Positions 15,974-25,630 of a DNA stretch of 28,588 nt are shown here, piece by piece; positions within the stretch are counted from its first letter, which is position 1, and each line of letters begins with the position of its first letter. Both the position numbers and the translations under genes were made by a program. This DNA comes from a virus (taxonomy: Duplodnaviria; Caudoviricetes). A model generated the notes under the pieces. The model was not told the origin of the DNA. It did not search any database and worked only from the letters and a program-made list of their open reading frames with translations. The stretch lies in IMG/VR virus record IMGVR_UViG_3300037762_000057, positions 1-28,588 of that record. One strand, 5' to 3'.

Positions 15974-16699
15974 ATGGCCACGTATCAAGATTTGGTCACG
16001 GCCTCGCTCAAGCGGATCGGCGTGGTCGGCGCAGGCCAGACCCCATCGCCTGAAGATTCATCGGATGCGCTCTTGCGCTTGAATGCGATGCTCGACAGCT
16101 TCGCCACCGAGCGGCTGTTCATTCCCTCGATTACGCGCACCACGTGGACGATAGTCAGCGGGACGGCAGCGTACACGGTCGGCTCTGGCGGTGATGTGAA
16201 CATTGCCCGGCCGGTGTTTGTGAGCGATGTCCGGTTTATTGACACGACGCCCGATCCGGATCTGGAGATGGGCCTGACCATGTTGACCGATGACGCCTAT
16301 GCGGTCATTCCGCAGAAAGCGTCCACGTCGTCCTATCCCACCGCCTACTACTGGAATCCGACCTTCGCGAGTGGCTTGGGCACGCTGACGTTCTGGCCGG
16401 TGCCGACGAGCACCACGTTAGAGGGCGTGATCTATCACCCAACCACGCTAGTGCAAGTGGCGGCGCTCACCACGACGATGTTGCTGCAACCAGGCTACCA
16501 ATGGTTTCTCCAAGAGCAACTCGCGGTGTTCTGCGCGCCAGAGTGGGGGGTGTCGGTCCCTGCCGACTTACGCGAAAGCGCGCGTGAAGCGAAGGCCAAC
16601 ATTAAGCGCGGCAACATCCGGTTGGTGGAGCTCGCCACGATCGAAGGGGCGCTGTTTGGCCGGCGTGGGTACGGGTATTCGATTCTGTCGGACACCTAG
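15974..16699 (+). CDS. Head-tail adaptor (P22 gp4-like)
   Basis: LVTASLKRIGV..AGQTPSPED..DAL.RLNAMLD N-terminus and LA...APEWG C-terminus. Directly before the gp10-like gene. Confidence 0.85.
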   Translation: MATYQDLVTASLKRIGVVGAGQTPSPEDSSDALLRLNAMLDSFATERLFIPSITRTTWTIVSGTAAYTVGSGGDVNIARPVFVSDVRFIDTTPDPDLEMGLTMLTDDAYAVIPQKASTSSYPTAYYWNPTFASGLGTLTFWPVPTSTTLEGVIYHPTTLVQVAALTTTMLLQPGYQWFLQEQLAVFCAPEWGVSVPADLRESAREAKANIKRGNIRLVELATIEGALFGRRGYGYSILSDT

Positions 16700-16702
16700 A
16701 TC

Positions 16703-18139
16703 ATGAGTGCATTGTCCGGTTTCTGCGGCGGCTCGTATGTGAGTCAATCGCCACTGGCGAATAACGCCTTTACCGTGAACCTCTATCCGGAAACGAACGA
16801 AGATCCGGACGCGCTCTCGAAAGTCTCGCTCTATCCGACACCCGGCTTGGATCTGTTTGCCACGCTTCCGCAAGGGCCGGTGCGGGGCATCTTCGGTCAG
16901 TCGGGTCGGATGCTTGCGGTAGGTGGGATGAATCTGTACGACGTGTCGGCGTCTGGCGTCGTCACGTTGCGCGGCGCAATGAACTTCGATAACCAGATTG
17001 CCACCATGACCACCAATGGGGATGGCGGGGGGCAGTTATTCACCGTCTCAGGGGAAACGGGCTACATTCTCGACCTGACGACCAATGTCCTCACGAGTGC
17101 CGTGAATGACGTGACGATTGGGGCGATGCTCGATGGCTTTTTTCTCGCGCTCGATGTCGATACGTCCACGCTGAAAATATCCGATCTGCTGGACGGGTTG
17201 ACGTGGGATCCCCTGCAAGTCGCGCAACGCTCCACCGCCTCCGATCCGTGGAAGTCCCTGCTGGTCGTCGGGCGAAACATCTGGCTCTTTGGCGAGTTTA
17301 CCTCTGAGATTTGGTACAACTCGGGCGATACCTTCCCCTTTGCCCCGTTTCCCGGTGCCCTCATTCAACAGGGCATCGCGGCGACGTTTGCGGCGGCGCA
17401 AGTCGGGACGAATGTCGTGTGGCTCGCCCAGAACGCGCAAGGGATGCGGACGGTGGTCAAGGCGCAAGGCATCACGACCACGAAGATCAGCACCTACGCG
17501 ATGGATATCTCGCTGTCCTCCTTATCGAGCGTGAGTGACGCGGAATGCTACAGCTACCAGGAACGCGGGCATACCTTCTGGGTGCTGAATGTGGAGTCCG
17601 CGAATCTCACGGCCGTCTGGGACGACACGGAATCGAAGTGGCATCACCGGGGCGATTGGAACATTCCAGAGAACCAGTACGACGTGGATCGCCCACGGGA
17701 GCATACGGCCATCTACGACCGCCATCTCGTCGGGGATCGGACCTCGGGGGCGATCTACACGATGAGCACCGAGATTGCGACCAATGCCGATGGGGTGGGG
17801 ATTCGTCGTTACCGACGCACACCTGGGCTCCAGCACGAGCAGACGCAGACGACATGCCACGCGCTCCGGTTGTTTCTCGAGCCCGGCTTGGGGCTCCAGA
17901 CGGGCCAAGGCTCGAACCCATTGGTCAGCCTGCGCTACTCCGATGATGGCGGGAAGACGTGGAGCAATGAACTCCAGCGGGAAGCCGGGGCGCAGGGGAA
18001 GTACCGGCACATCGTGGAATGGAACCGTTTGGGCTCGTATCGCTATCCACGGGTGTGGGAGATCGTGATGAGCGATCCGATTCCGTGGCGGGTGTTGGGC
18101 GCGTGGGAAAACCCGCCGCGAATCAGTAGGGCCGCGTAA
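16703..18139 (+). CDS. Tail hub / DNA-stabilisation protein (P22 gp10-like)
   Basis: VNLYPE, LYPTPGL, LDGFF, WLFGE..SEIWYN, YQERGHTFW, WH.R, SDDGGKTW and EWNRLG motifs. Confidence 0.92.
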   Translation: MSALSGFCGGSYVSQSPLANNAFTVNLYPETNEDPDALSKVSLYPTPGLDLFATLPQGPVRGIFGQSGRMLAVGGMNLYDVSASGVVTLRGAMNFDNQIATMTTNGDGGGQLFTVSGETGYILDLTTNVLTSAVNDVTIGAMLDGFFLALDVDTSTLKISDLLDGLTWDPLQVAQRSTASDPWKSLLVVGRNIWLFGEFTSEIWYNSGDTFPFAPFPGALIQQGIAATFAAAQVGTNVVWLAQNAQGMRTVVKAQGITTTKISTYAMDISLSSLSSVSDAECYSYQERGHTFWVLNVESANLTAVWDDTESKWHHRGDWNIPENQYDVDRPREHTAIYDRHLVGDRTSGAIYTMSTEIATNADGVGIRRYRRTPGLQHEQTQTTCHALRLFLEPGLGLQTGQGSNPLVSLRYSDDGGKTWSNELQREAGAQGKYRHIVEWNRLGSYRYPRVWEIVMSDPIPWRVLGAWENPPRISRAA

Positions 18140-18615
18140 TGGCACTGAACCCGCTGCCTATGCCGATCGATACGGCGCTGGTGGATCAGAACGGCCTGAT
18201 CGAATTTACCGTCTGGGTGCCGTACTTTGTCGCTCGCGATCAGCAACTCGCGGAGGCGTCTGTCACGGTGGTGCATCCGGCGCCGCTGACGAGTCAGGCG
18301 GCGGCGATTGGGGCCACCCCGCTCTCAGTGGGGAGTTCTGGGGGACTCTACCGCGTCAATGTCTACGCGCGGATCACGCAGGCGGCGACGGCGAGTAGCA
18401 GCCTCACGCCTACGTTTCGCTGGACAGAAGGCGTCGTGGCGCAGAGCCGCACGTACACCGCCCTGACGGGGAATACGACCACCACGATTCTGGTGGACGT
18501 GTTCCCGCTCAGGATCGATGCCAATACGGCGCTGACGTATGAGACGGCGTACGCCTCGGTGGGGGCCACGCCGATGCAATACAGCCTCGAAATCGCTGTA
18601 GAGAGGTTGGCCTAA
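18139..18615 (+). CDS. Putative tail protein
   Basis: TAATG-coupled on both sides, beta-rich, located between the gp10-like gene and the ejection genes. Confidence 0.65.
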   Translation: MALNPLPMPIDTALVDQNGLIEFTVWVPYFVARDQQLAEASVTVVHPAPLTSQAAAIGATPLSVGSSGGLYRVNVYARITQAATASSSLTPTFRWTEGVVAQSRTYTALTGNTTTTILVDVFPLRIDANTALTYETAYASVGATPMQYSLEIAVERLA

Positions 18616-19346
18616 TGCCTCCATCACCGTATCAACCGAACACCATCAGGCCACTCGGGACGTACACCGTCGGTGATGCCACGGATCGCGCCTACAAGGC
18701 GTCAGAGGCGCGGCAGGCGCAGCAGCGCGCGGATGACAAGCGCTACCGCAAGAAGTGGTTCAACGTGATCCGGGCGGCGTCACTCGGGATCGCTGGCGGG
18801 GCGGGGGCGGCTGGGATGTTGGCGGGCGGCGCGGCGGCCGGTGGGGCCGCGGCCAGTTCCGCGACGTTACCGGCCGCGGCGACGGCGGGCATGATGGCGC
18901 CCTCTGTCGCGCCAGTGGCAACAGGAGCAGGTATGAGTATTCCATGGTGGTCGGTCGCCAGTCAGGGCGTCAACACCCTCTCCAGTATCTATGCGAATCG
19001 GAAGAACGCGCAAGCGAATCAGCAGGCGATGTCCGTGCAGGAGCGCGCCAACGCCGAGGCCATGGCGTTTGAACGTGAACAGATGGCGGAACAGCGCCGG
19101 CAGTTCGACATCCAGCAGGCCGCGGCAAAAGAAGCCCTCGCAGCCCAGAACAAGTTTGAAGCGGACAAGTGGGCCGCGAGCGAAGAGGAACGCTTGTATG
19201 ACCGCCGGCTGCGTGATGAGCGTGAGACCAGGCGGGCACCCTATCGGCAAGCCTCCGCAGACGCGCTCGGACGGATTCCAGGTTTACTCGCCAGTGGTCG
19301 GACCTCGCCGGGTCTCGCCTCACTCGGCAGCTACAGGAGAGGGTAA
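18615..19346 (+). CDS. DNA ejection protein (gp7-like)
   Basis: Gly/Ala hydrophobic stretch, Q/A-rich coiled coil and an APYRQAS..AL motif. Gene position fits. Confidence 0.75.
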   Translation: MPPSPYQPNTIRPLGTYTVGDATDRAYKASEARQAQQRADDKRYRKKWFNVIRAASLGIAGGAGAAGMLAGGAAAGGAAASSATLPAAATAGMMAPSVAPVATGAGMSIPWWSVASQGVNTLSSIYANRKNAQANQQAMSVQERANAEAMAFEREQMAEQRRQFDIQQAAAKEALAAQNKFEADKWAASEEERLYDRRLRDERETRRAPYRQASADALGRIPGLLASGRTSPGLASLGSYRRG

Positions 19347-20267
19347 ATGCCATATTACGAAGATCCACAAGACGACGCGCCCTGGTTAACAGGGCCGCAA
19401 CTTGGCACCACGACGCCAGATGAGGGAGACGGCTCACGGCCATCTCCGCCACCTGACCGCGAGGGCTACTCGTGGTTCTGGGATGACACCGCGAAGCATT
19501 ACTACGAGGTGCCGATCACGCCCGCGCCAGCAGCCGAAACGACTACCACAAGCGGCGGCGGCGGCGGGATGACCGAGGCCGAGGGACGCGCCTACGACGC
19601 CGAGCGCGGGCTGACCGGCGGCTACATGGGGCCGAATGGCTGGGTCAGTGGCTCACCGAGCGGCGGTGGTGGTGGTGACTTTGGCGGTGGTGGTGGTGGT
19701 GGTGGTGGTGATTACGGCTCCTTTGATTCGTCCGGCTTTGCATGGCCGCAATTCAACGCCCCGAACTATACACAAGGCCCCGCATTTCAGGCGCCACCGG
19801 CGTTTAGTTACGAGGCGTTCAAGGCGCCCGGCTTCAATGAGATTTTCAGCGATCCGAGCTACACGGGCCGACGCGATGAGGGGCTGCAAGCCATCGAACA
19901 CGGCGCGGCGGCGCGTGGTCTGACCCGATTGCCGAACACGCTCAAAGCCCTCGCGGGCTGGAATCAGGATTTCGCCTCGCGGGAGTACGGCAATATCTTC
20001 GACCGCTCCGCGAATACCTGGAACATGAACCGCAACAACGCGGCGGATACCTACTCGACCAATTACGGCATCTCGCGTGATGTGTGGGATCGCGGCGAGG
20101 GACAGAACCGCTTCAAATTCGATCAGGACTACCGCGGGGCGAAGGATGCCTTCGACATGAATGCGTTCCAACCGTCGAAGCTCACGTTTGAGGACATGTA
20201 TCGGAGATGGCGTGATGAATTGGACTCGACCACTCGTATCGCGACTGCCGGAGCAGACGGTTACTAA
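19347..20267 (+). CDS. DNA ejection protein
   Basis: DPSY..R..EG..AIE..AAARG...LKAL....QDFASREY motif typical of podophage ejection proteins. Poly-Gly tracts. AGGAGAGG RBS. Confidence 0.75.
   Translation: MPYYEDPQDDAPWLTGPQLGTTTPDEGDGSRPSPPPDREGYSWFWDDTAKHYYEVPITPAPAAETTTTSGGGGGMTEAEGRAYDAERGLTGGYMGPNGWVSGSPSGGGGGDFGGGGGGGGGDYGSFDSSGFAWPQFNAPNYTQGPAFQAPPAFSYEAFKAPGFNEIFSDPSYTGRRDEGLQAIEHGAAARGLTRLPNTLKALAGWNQDFASREYGNIFDRSANTWNMNRNNAADTYSTNYGISRDVWDRGEGQNRFKFDQDYRGAKDAFDMNAFQPSKLTFEDMYRRWRDELDSTTRIATAGADGY
19686..19709 (+). repeat. (GGT)8 simple repeat encoding poly-Gly
   Basis: Read directly. Preceded by a shorter ggc(ggt)4 block. Confidence 0.9.
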
Positions 20268-21595
20268 TGCCTAGCGCTGTTCCATATACGCCTCGCGGAT
20301 TTGTACCCGGTATCCATCAGCCACGCGGGCGGCTCGGCGACTACGCCCGCGCGCATGGGCGGGATCAAGCCGACGCGATCCGGCGTGGTGGGGAGATCTC
20401 CGCGAACCTCTGGAGCGGGATCGGGCAGAACGTGGCGGGCTCTCTGCGAGACATCGCTGCGCATCCAGAACAGCAGCGGCAAGCGCAGATGATGGCCGTG
20501 AAGCAACAGCGCGAGGAAGCGGCGTATCAAGAGGCGCAAGCGGCGAAGCAGACTGAGGAAGCGAAGGCACAGCGCTTGCGGCAACTCGTACAGGAGCACG
20601 GCGGGCAGCGGGTGCCGACACCGATCCTACTGCAAGAGTTCGGGCCGGAGGATGCCTCAGAGATTGACGCGGCGTTTGATGAGCTGTTCCCAAAGGTGGA
20701 ACCGCCGAAGACGCGCGAAGTCAAGGTGAGAAACGCGGACGGGAGCGAGTCGATCCAAATCGTGGAAGACACACCGGGTCAGACCTTCAGCAGCGCGGCT
20801 CCGGTCAAGGATCCGAAGACGTATCAAGTCACGGTGCCAGGCCCGAACGGGCAGCCCATGACCAGACTTGCGACAGAAGAGGAAATGGCGAAGGGTGTGC
20901 CGACGTATCGCGCACCCGTGCAAGGCCCGGCACCGCGCGCGAAGTTCTGGGTGATACGCGACGGGAAACAACTCCGCATTTCCGAGGACGAGTATCAACC
21001 GGGCGATCAAAACGCGAGCACTCGTGAACAGGGACGGCCCGTCACGTCTGGTGATGCCGGACGGATCGCGGAGTTCGATACGTCGCTGGATGATCTGGGC
21101 GTGCTCAGCAGCATTCTGGGCACGTCCGGTTCTACGGGCACCGCTGCGAAGATCGGCGCGAGTGTACCCAACTGGGTCACTGAATTCAGCGGATGGGGCT
21201 CCGACGCGAAGAAGAAGCAAGCGCTCATCGATCGCGTGAAGCAGGTGATCGGTAAAGCCCTCGAAGGCGGCGTGCTCCGCAAGGAAGACGAAATCAAGTA
21301 CGAAAAGATTCTGCCGACCGTTGGCGATCCGAATGACTTGGTGGTGTCAAAGCTCTCTGGTTTAGCGGATGCGATCAAGCTCAGGCGGACGCGGACTATT
21401 GAATCCCTTGGTGATGCGGGCTACGACACATCGAAGTTTGGCGAGTACAAATCCAAGCTGAATACCAACAAGACGGCCGTGCCCGATCTTTCTGGCCTTC
21501 GCCCCGGTGCGGGCCGACGCTTCACGGAAGGCCCCTTCAAGGGCCAAACGTGGTCGGTGGATGAACAGGGGAGACCCTACAAGGTGGGCGGCTAA
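20267..21595 (+). CDS. DNA ejection protein (gp20-like position)
   Basis: 442 aa, TAATG-coupled, Q-rich helical N-terminus and a helical C-terminal domain. Confidence 0.7.
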   Translation: MPSAVPYTPRGFVPGIHQPRGRLGDYARAHGRDQADAIRRGGEISANLWSGIGQNVAGSLRDIAAHPEQQRQAQMMAVKQQREEAAYQEAQAAKQTEEAKAQRLRQLVQEHGGQRVPTPILLQEFGPEDASEIDAAFDELFPKVEPPKTREVKVRNADGSESIQIVEDTPGQTFSSAAPVKDPKTYQVTVPGPNGQPMTRLATEEEMAKGVPTYRAPVQGPAPRAKFWVIRDGKQLRISEDEYQPGDQNASTREQGRPVTSGDAGRIAEFDTSLDDLGVLSSILGTSGSTGTAAKIGASVPNWVTEFSGWGSDAKKKQALIDRVKQVIGKALEGGVLRKEDEIKYEKILPTVGDPNDLVVSKLSGLADAIKLRRTRTIESLGDAGYDTSKFGEYKSKLNTNKTAVPDLSGLRPGAGRRFTEGPFKGQTWSVDEQGRPYKVGG

Positions 21596-23535
21596 TGGGT
21601 CAATCCAGAGGCTACGTAGATGTGCCGCTGGCGCCGCAACAGCGGAAACCGGCCGCGCAGTCCTTTGAGGATGCGCCGCTGCAGAGTGCGCCGCCAGCCG
21701 AGGAGCAATCCCTTGCTGGTCGGTTCTGGGACCGCGTGAATCCCGTTGCTGCTGCGCAAGCGTTCGGCAAGATGGTCATTCCCGAAGATGCCGCACGTCT
21801 AATGGGAGCAGGCACGGAAGAGGCCGAGCAGTACGGCCCGATCAACACGCTCAAAAGCATGGGCGCGGCGACACAGGACGTTTTTGAGCAAGCCTATCGG
21901 GATTACCAGAAGGGCGATTACGGCTCGGCGGCGATCAAGTCCATGTTCGGGTCAATACTCGGTCTTGGCCCGGACTTCAATCAGATGGGCGACAACGCAC
22001 GCGCGGGCGAGTGGGGCAAGGTGGCCGCCGACGTGGCTGGAACCGGCGTAGCCATCGTGGCGCCGGCCGTTGCGGGCAGGGTCCGTGCGAACGTCGGCAA
22101 AGTCTTACCAGCGGCGCAGACCGCTGAGGAAGCCGCCGCAGTGCAACTCGGACGTGATCGCGGCGTGCCGATTGATGCGGCCACCGCCACCGGCAACCGC
22201 TACGTGCAGGGCATGCAGGCAATGGCGGATCGATCTCCGCTCGGCTCTATCGTCGCTGGGAAGTCCGCGAAGGCCCAGCAGCAGGGGATGCGCCGTGTCG
22301 CCGGTGAATTGGCCGATGAGGCGTCACCGATGCCGACCAATCCAGTCGCGGCTGGTGAAGGTGTCGGTAAAGCCCTTGAAGTGAAGATCCAACGGCATCA
22401 CGGCGAAGCCACCACGGCGTACGACACATTGCGGAAGTTGGAAAGCGATCCGAAGCACATTAACCGGATCACGGTTCAGCCTGAAATACGCTCAAAGCCG
22501 ACCAGCGACGGGCGCCCTGGAGCCGTGCTGCAGCAAGCCATTACCGAAGACATGCCGCTGGCGGTGGATGTCGCAGCATCGAAACCCGCGTTGAAGCCGA
22601 TTCTCGATCGTCTCCTCAAGAAAAAGGAAATGACCGGGCAACTTATGGGCGCTGAGGGGCGAGCCGCGGTCGCGCTTGATGCCATCGTGAACGGGAAAGA
22701 CTTCGCGCCGTTGTCGGTCGTGGATGCCGCATTAGGTGATCTGAAGGCGATGGCCCGCGGCGCGGACATGCCGGAACTACGCACGACCGGACAAGGGATT
22801 GCTGCCGAAGCCGTGAAACAGCTCGATGGTCAGGTCCGCGCCCGCGCAGCGCAGGCCGGCCCGAACGTCTTGAAGGCGCTCGAGGATGGCCGCGCGGCGA
22901 CGAAAGCGAAGTACGCCACTTCCGACGCGCGCGATCTACTCGTTCCGGCCTCTGGTGAACCGCGCCGCGTGTTTGATGCCCTCACGTCCAACGAGGATGC
23001 CGGGATCACAAAGCTCCGTGAGTTGCGCAAGGTGGCTCCACAGGAACTCCCGAACGTGGCACGCGCACTACTGACCGATCTGTTTGAGAAACCGCTGGCT
23101 GATGGGGGTTTCTCTGGCGGACAGGGTGCGTGGTCGAACTGGCAGCGCATCGGCTCGGATACCAAAAAGCTGTTGTTCCCGAAGCCGGGACAGACGCAGG
23201 CGCTCGATAGCTTTTTCCTACTGGCGAAGAAGTTAAGCGAAAGCCCGAACCCAAGCGGCACGGCGCTCACGGCCAACTCGATGGGTCAAACGGTGTTGGC
23301 GTTCACAAACCCGAGTATCGGTGTGCCGCTCATCATCGGATCCGGTGCGCTCTCAAAGATTCTGCACACCCCCACAGCCGTGTCATTCCTGACGCGCGGG
23401 ATGCGGATGTCGATTGATGCCAAACCTGGGACACAGGCTCTCGCTGCGGCGCAGTTGATGCGTGCTGCGAAAGAGGCGGGTGTGGTGATCCCATTTCCCA
23501 AGGCGGCGGAAGCAGAGCCAGAGCCGCGGCAATGA
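21595..23535 (+). CDS. Large DNA ejection protein (gp16-like position)
   Basis: 646 aa, Ala-rich helical, with ATGN and NPSGTA motifs. Last and largest of the cluster. Confidence 0.75.
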   Translation: MGQSRGYVDVPLAPQQRKPAAQSFEDAPLQSAPPAEEQSLAGRFWDRVNPVAAAQAFGKMVIPEDAARLMGAGTEEAEQYGPINTLKSMGAATQDVFEQAYRDYQKGDYGSAAIKSMFGSILGLGPDFNQMGDNARAGEWGKVAADVAGTGVAIVAPAVAGRVRANVGKVLPAAQTAEEAAAVQLGRDRGVPIDAATATGNRYVQGMQAMADRSPLGSIVAGKSAKAQQQGMRRVAGELADEASPMPTNPVAAGEGVGKALEVKIQRHHGEATTAYDTLRKLESDPKHINRITVQPEIRSKPTSDGRPGAVLQQAITEDMPLAVDVAASKPALKPILDRLLKKKEMTGQLMGAEGRAAVALDAIVNGKDFAPLSVVDAALGDLKAMARGADMPELRTTGQGIAAEAVKQLDGQVRARAAQAGPNVLKALEDGRAATKAKYATSDARDLLVPASGEPRRVFDALTSNEDAGITKLRELRKVAPQELPNVARALLTDLFEKPLADGGFSGGQGAWSNWQRIGSDTKKLLFPKPGQTQALDSFFLLAKKLSESPNPSGTALTANSMGQTVLAFTNPSIGVPLIIGSGALSKILHTPTAVSFLTRGMRMSIDAKPGTQALAAAQLMRAAKEAGVVIPFPKAAEAEPEPRQ

Positions 23536-23590
23536 TCGCGACGGTGATCGTAATGATGACGACAAGCCAGAACGCCCGTTCAAGCCGCAT
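23333..23590 (-). CDS. Candidate antisense single-TM membrane protein
   Basis: Starts in the intergenic gap. AFWLVVIITITVAIIAAALALL is hydrophobic, and TAGACT lies 9 nt upstream. The 3' part overlaps the gp16-like gene by ~200 nt. Confidence 0.45.
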   Translation of the reverse strand: MRLERAFWLVVIITITVAIIAAALALLPPPWEMGSPHPPLSQHASTAPQREPVSQVWHQSTSASRASGMTRLWGCAESLRAHRIR

Positions 23591-23609
23591 GAAGGGATTA
23601 GTCTAACCG

Positions 23610-24299
23610 ATGGCTACCGGCACGTACGCGCCTTCACCCGTATTTACCGCCTGGGATGACAATGGCGATCCGCTCTCCGGGGCGTTGCTGTACACCTATG
23701 CGGCTGGCACGGTCACGCCGCTGGCGACCTACAGCGAAGTTACCCTGACGACGCCGAACGCCAATCCGATCGTGTGTGATGCCGCCGGGAGGGCCACGAT
23801 CTTTCTCTCACCCACGTCGTATAAGTGGATTCTCAAGACGGCGGCTGGCGTCACCGTATGGACGCGCGACAACATCGGCTCAATCCCGAACACGAACATT
23901 GACAACGACGTGAGCGGCACGGCGGGGGAGGATCTCACGGCTGGTGACGTGGCGTACCTCTCGGACGGGTCTGGCGCGCTCAACGCGGGGCAGTGGTACA
24001 AGGCCGACGCCGATTTGGCCTATGCCAGCATGACGCCGGAAATCGGTCTGGTGGTGGCGGATATTGCGAGCGGGGAGGATGGCACGTTCCGACTGTCTGG
24101 CCGCATGACGGGCCTCTCAGGGCTCTCCACGGGGGCGGTGTACTACGTAAGCGCCACGGCGGGCGAGTTGACCTCCACGGCGCCCTCCAATACGCGGTTT
24201 GTGGGGCAGGCCGACAGTATTTCCTCGCTGGTGATTACCGCGAATCCGCCCGGCGCTGGCTCGGGCTATGACTACCTCCAATTACAGGTGTTCACCTAA
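23610..24299 (+). CDS. Tail appendage protein with N-terminal virion-attachment domain
   Basis: DDNGDPLSGALLYTYAAGT.TPLATY...NANPI..DAAGRA.I N-terminal domain, then a cement-like domain (GL..GAVYYVS.TAG.LT.T.P). Confidence 0.8.
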   Translation: MATGTYAPSPVFTAWDDNGDPLSGALLYTYAAGTVTPLATYSEVTLTTPNANPIVCDAAGRATIFLSPTSYKWILKTAAGVTVWTRDNIGSIPNTNIDNDVSGTAGEDLTAGDVAYLSDGSGALNAGQWYKADADLAYASMTPEIGLVVADIASGEDGTFRLSGRMTGLSGLSTGAVYYVSATAGELTSTAPSNTRFVGQADSISSLVITANPPGAGSGYDYLQLQVFT

Positions 24300-24673
24300 T
24301 GGCAAACGCAGTCTCGCGCATTCCGTTTTCGGCTTCAACCCAAGGGCAGGGGATCAAGATTGCCGCCACGTCCACACCGGGCACCCTTGTCCATACGACG
24401 GGCGTGTCGCTCACCGTGCAGGATGAAATCCGCCTCTACTTCTATAACGCGCATACCGCCGATGTGCTCGTGACCGTGGAGTTTGGCGGGGCCACGGCAC
24501 CGGATCAAAACATCGTGCTCACCGTGCCGTTTAAGTCCGGGCTGGTGCAGTGCATCCCGGCGAGTGACCTGATGCTCACGGGTAGTGGATCGGTGGCGCT
24601 CACCGTGAAGGTGTTCGCGGGCACGACCAACGTGATCATTGCCTATGGTTGCGTCTTCAGGACGACGCCGTAA
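24299..24673 (+). CDS. Small beta-rich virion protein
   Basis: TAATG-coupled on both sides and Thr/Val-rich. Confidence 0.7.
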   Translation: MANAVSRIPFSASTQGQGIKIAATSTPGTLVHTTGVSLTVQDEIRLYFYNAHTADVLVTVEFGGATAPDQNIVLTVPFKSGLVQCIPASDLMLTGSGSVALTVKVFAGTTNVIIAYGCVFRTTP

Positions 24674-25257
24674 TGAGCAGCCGACGCCAGAAGCAGACCG
24701 GCTCGGTGTTCTCGTCCCGTGTGGGGCAGTGGACGCAACCGGGGATCGTGAAGTCCATTCAGCGCGGGACGATTGCGGTCAATGCGCCCGCCACGAGCAA
24801 CACGGCGACGATTACCGCCGTCGTGCCTGGTAATACGCGGCTGGTGTGGCTGGGGTGTAGTTCGACGGGCACCACGACGACCGTGATCGAGATGCAGGCG
24901 TCAATTGCTTTGACGAATGCCACGACGATTACTGCTACGCGGACGGCTGGTACAACCTTGAACGTGATCGTGAGTTTCGAGGTGATTGAGTACTGGCCCG
25001 GTGTACTACGGACGGTACAGCGCGGCACGGTGACGGCGACGGCGGCGGTATCTGGAACAGCCACGCTCGCCACGACTCTCCAAAACACAACGAGAGCCAC
25101 ACTCGACCTCTTGGGGTTCCAGCTCAATTTCGCGAACTTGGAAGCGGAAGACGCCTATGGAGAACTGCGGCTCACCAACACCACGACTGTGACACTCACG
25201 CGCATTGCGGCTCAAGGCAACCTGACCGCGGGCTATCAGGTGTGTGAATGGTATTGA
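24673..25257 (+). CDS. Putative receptor-binding/tail-tip protein with two tandem beta domains
   Basis: Duplication: VKSIQRGT...LTNATTITATR...FEVIEY and LRTVQRGT...LTNTTTVTLTR...YQVCEW. Start at the TAATG overlap (24673). Confidence 0.75.
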   Translation: MSSRRQKQTGSVFSSRVGQWTQPGIVKSIQRGTIAVNAPATSNTATITAVVPGNTRLVWLGCSSTGTTTTVIEMQASIALTNATTITATRTAGTTLNVIVSFEVIEYWPGVLRTVQRGTVTATAAVSGTATLATTLQNTTRATLDLLGFQLNFANLEAEDAYGELRLTNTTTVTLTRIAAQGNLTAGYQVCEWY

Positions 25258-25258
25258 G

Positions 25259-25630
25259 ATGACACTTCGCCAGCGACAATCGCGGTTCATGGTGCTGATG
25301 GCCCGACTGGTCTTGAAGGCCGATCGCCTTGGGTACGAACTGACAGGCGGCGAACTGTGGCGCAGTCCCGAGGAAGCGGCCCGACTGGCGAAGGCCGGGA
25401 AGGGCATCAAGAATTCGCTCCACACGCAGCGGCTCGCGATTGATCTGAACCTGTTCAAGCACGGCCGCTACCTGACCTCCACAGAGGCGCACCGTCCATT
25501 AGGCGCGTGGTGGGAAGCGCAGAGCGAACCGGGGATCGAGTGCGTGTGGGGCGGCAGATTCAAGGATTCAAGGGGGCGCCCGAAACCTGATGGGAATCAC
25601 TACTCAATCGTCCACGACGGCCGTGCTTGA
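25259..25630 (+). CDS. Endolysin, peptidase M15 family
   Basis: GELWRSPE, SLHTQRLAIDLNLF (SxHxxxxAxD Zn motif), WGGRF and DGNHYS. Start could be 25244. Confidence 0.9.
   Translation: MTLRQRQSRFMVLMARLVLKADRLGYELTGGELWRSPEEAARLAKAGKGIKNSLHTQRLAIDLNLFKHGRYLTSTEAHRPLGAWWEAQSEPGIECVWGGRFKDSRGRPKPDGNHYSIVHDGRA

Noticed and set aside
23610-25257. Diversity-generating retroelement targeting the tail-tip gene
   Set aside because: No reverse transcriptase and no near-identical TR/VR pair. The internal duplication is old and visible mainly at protein level.
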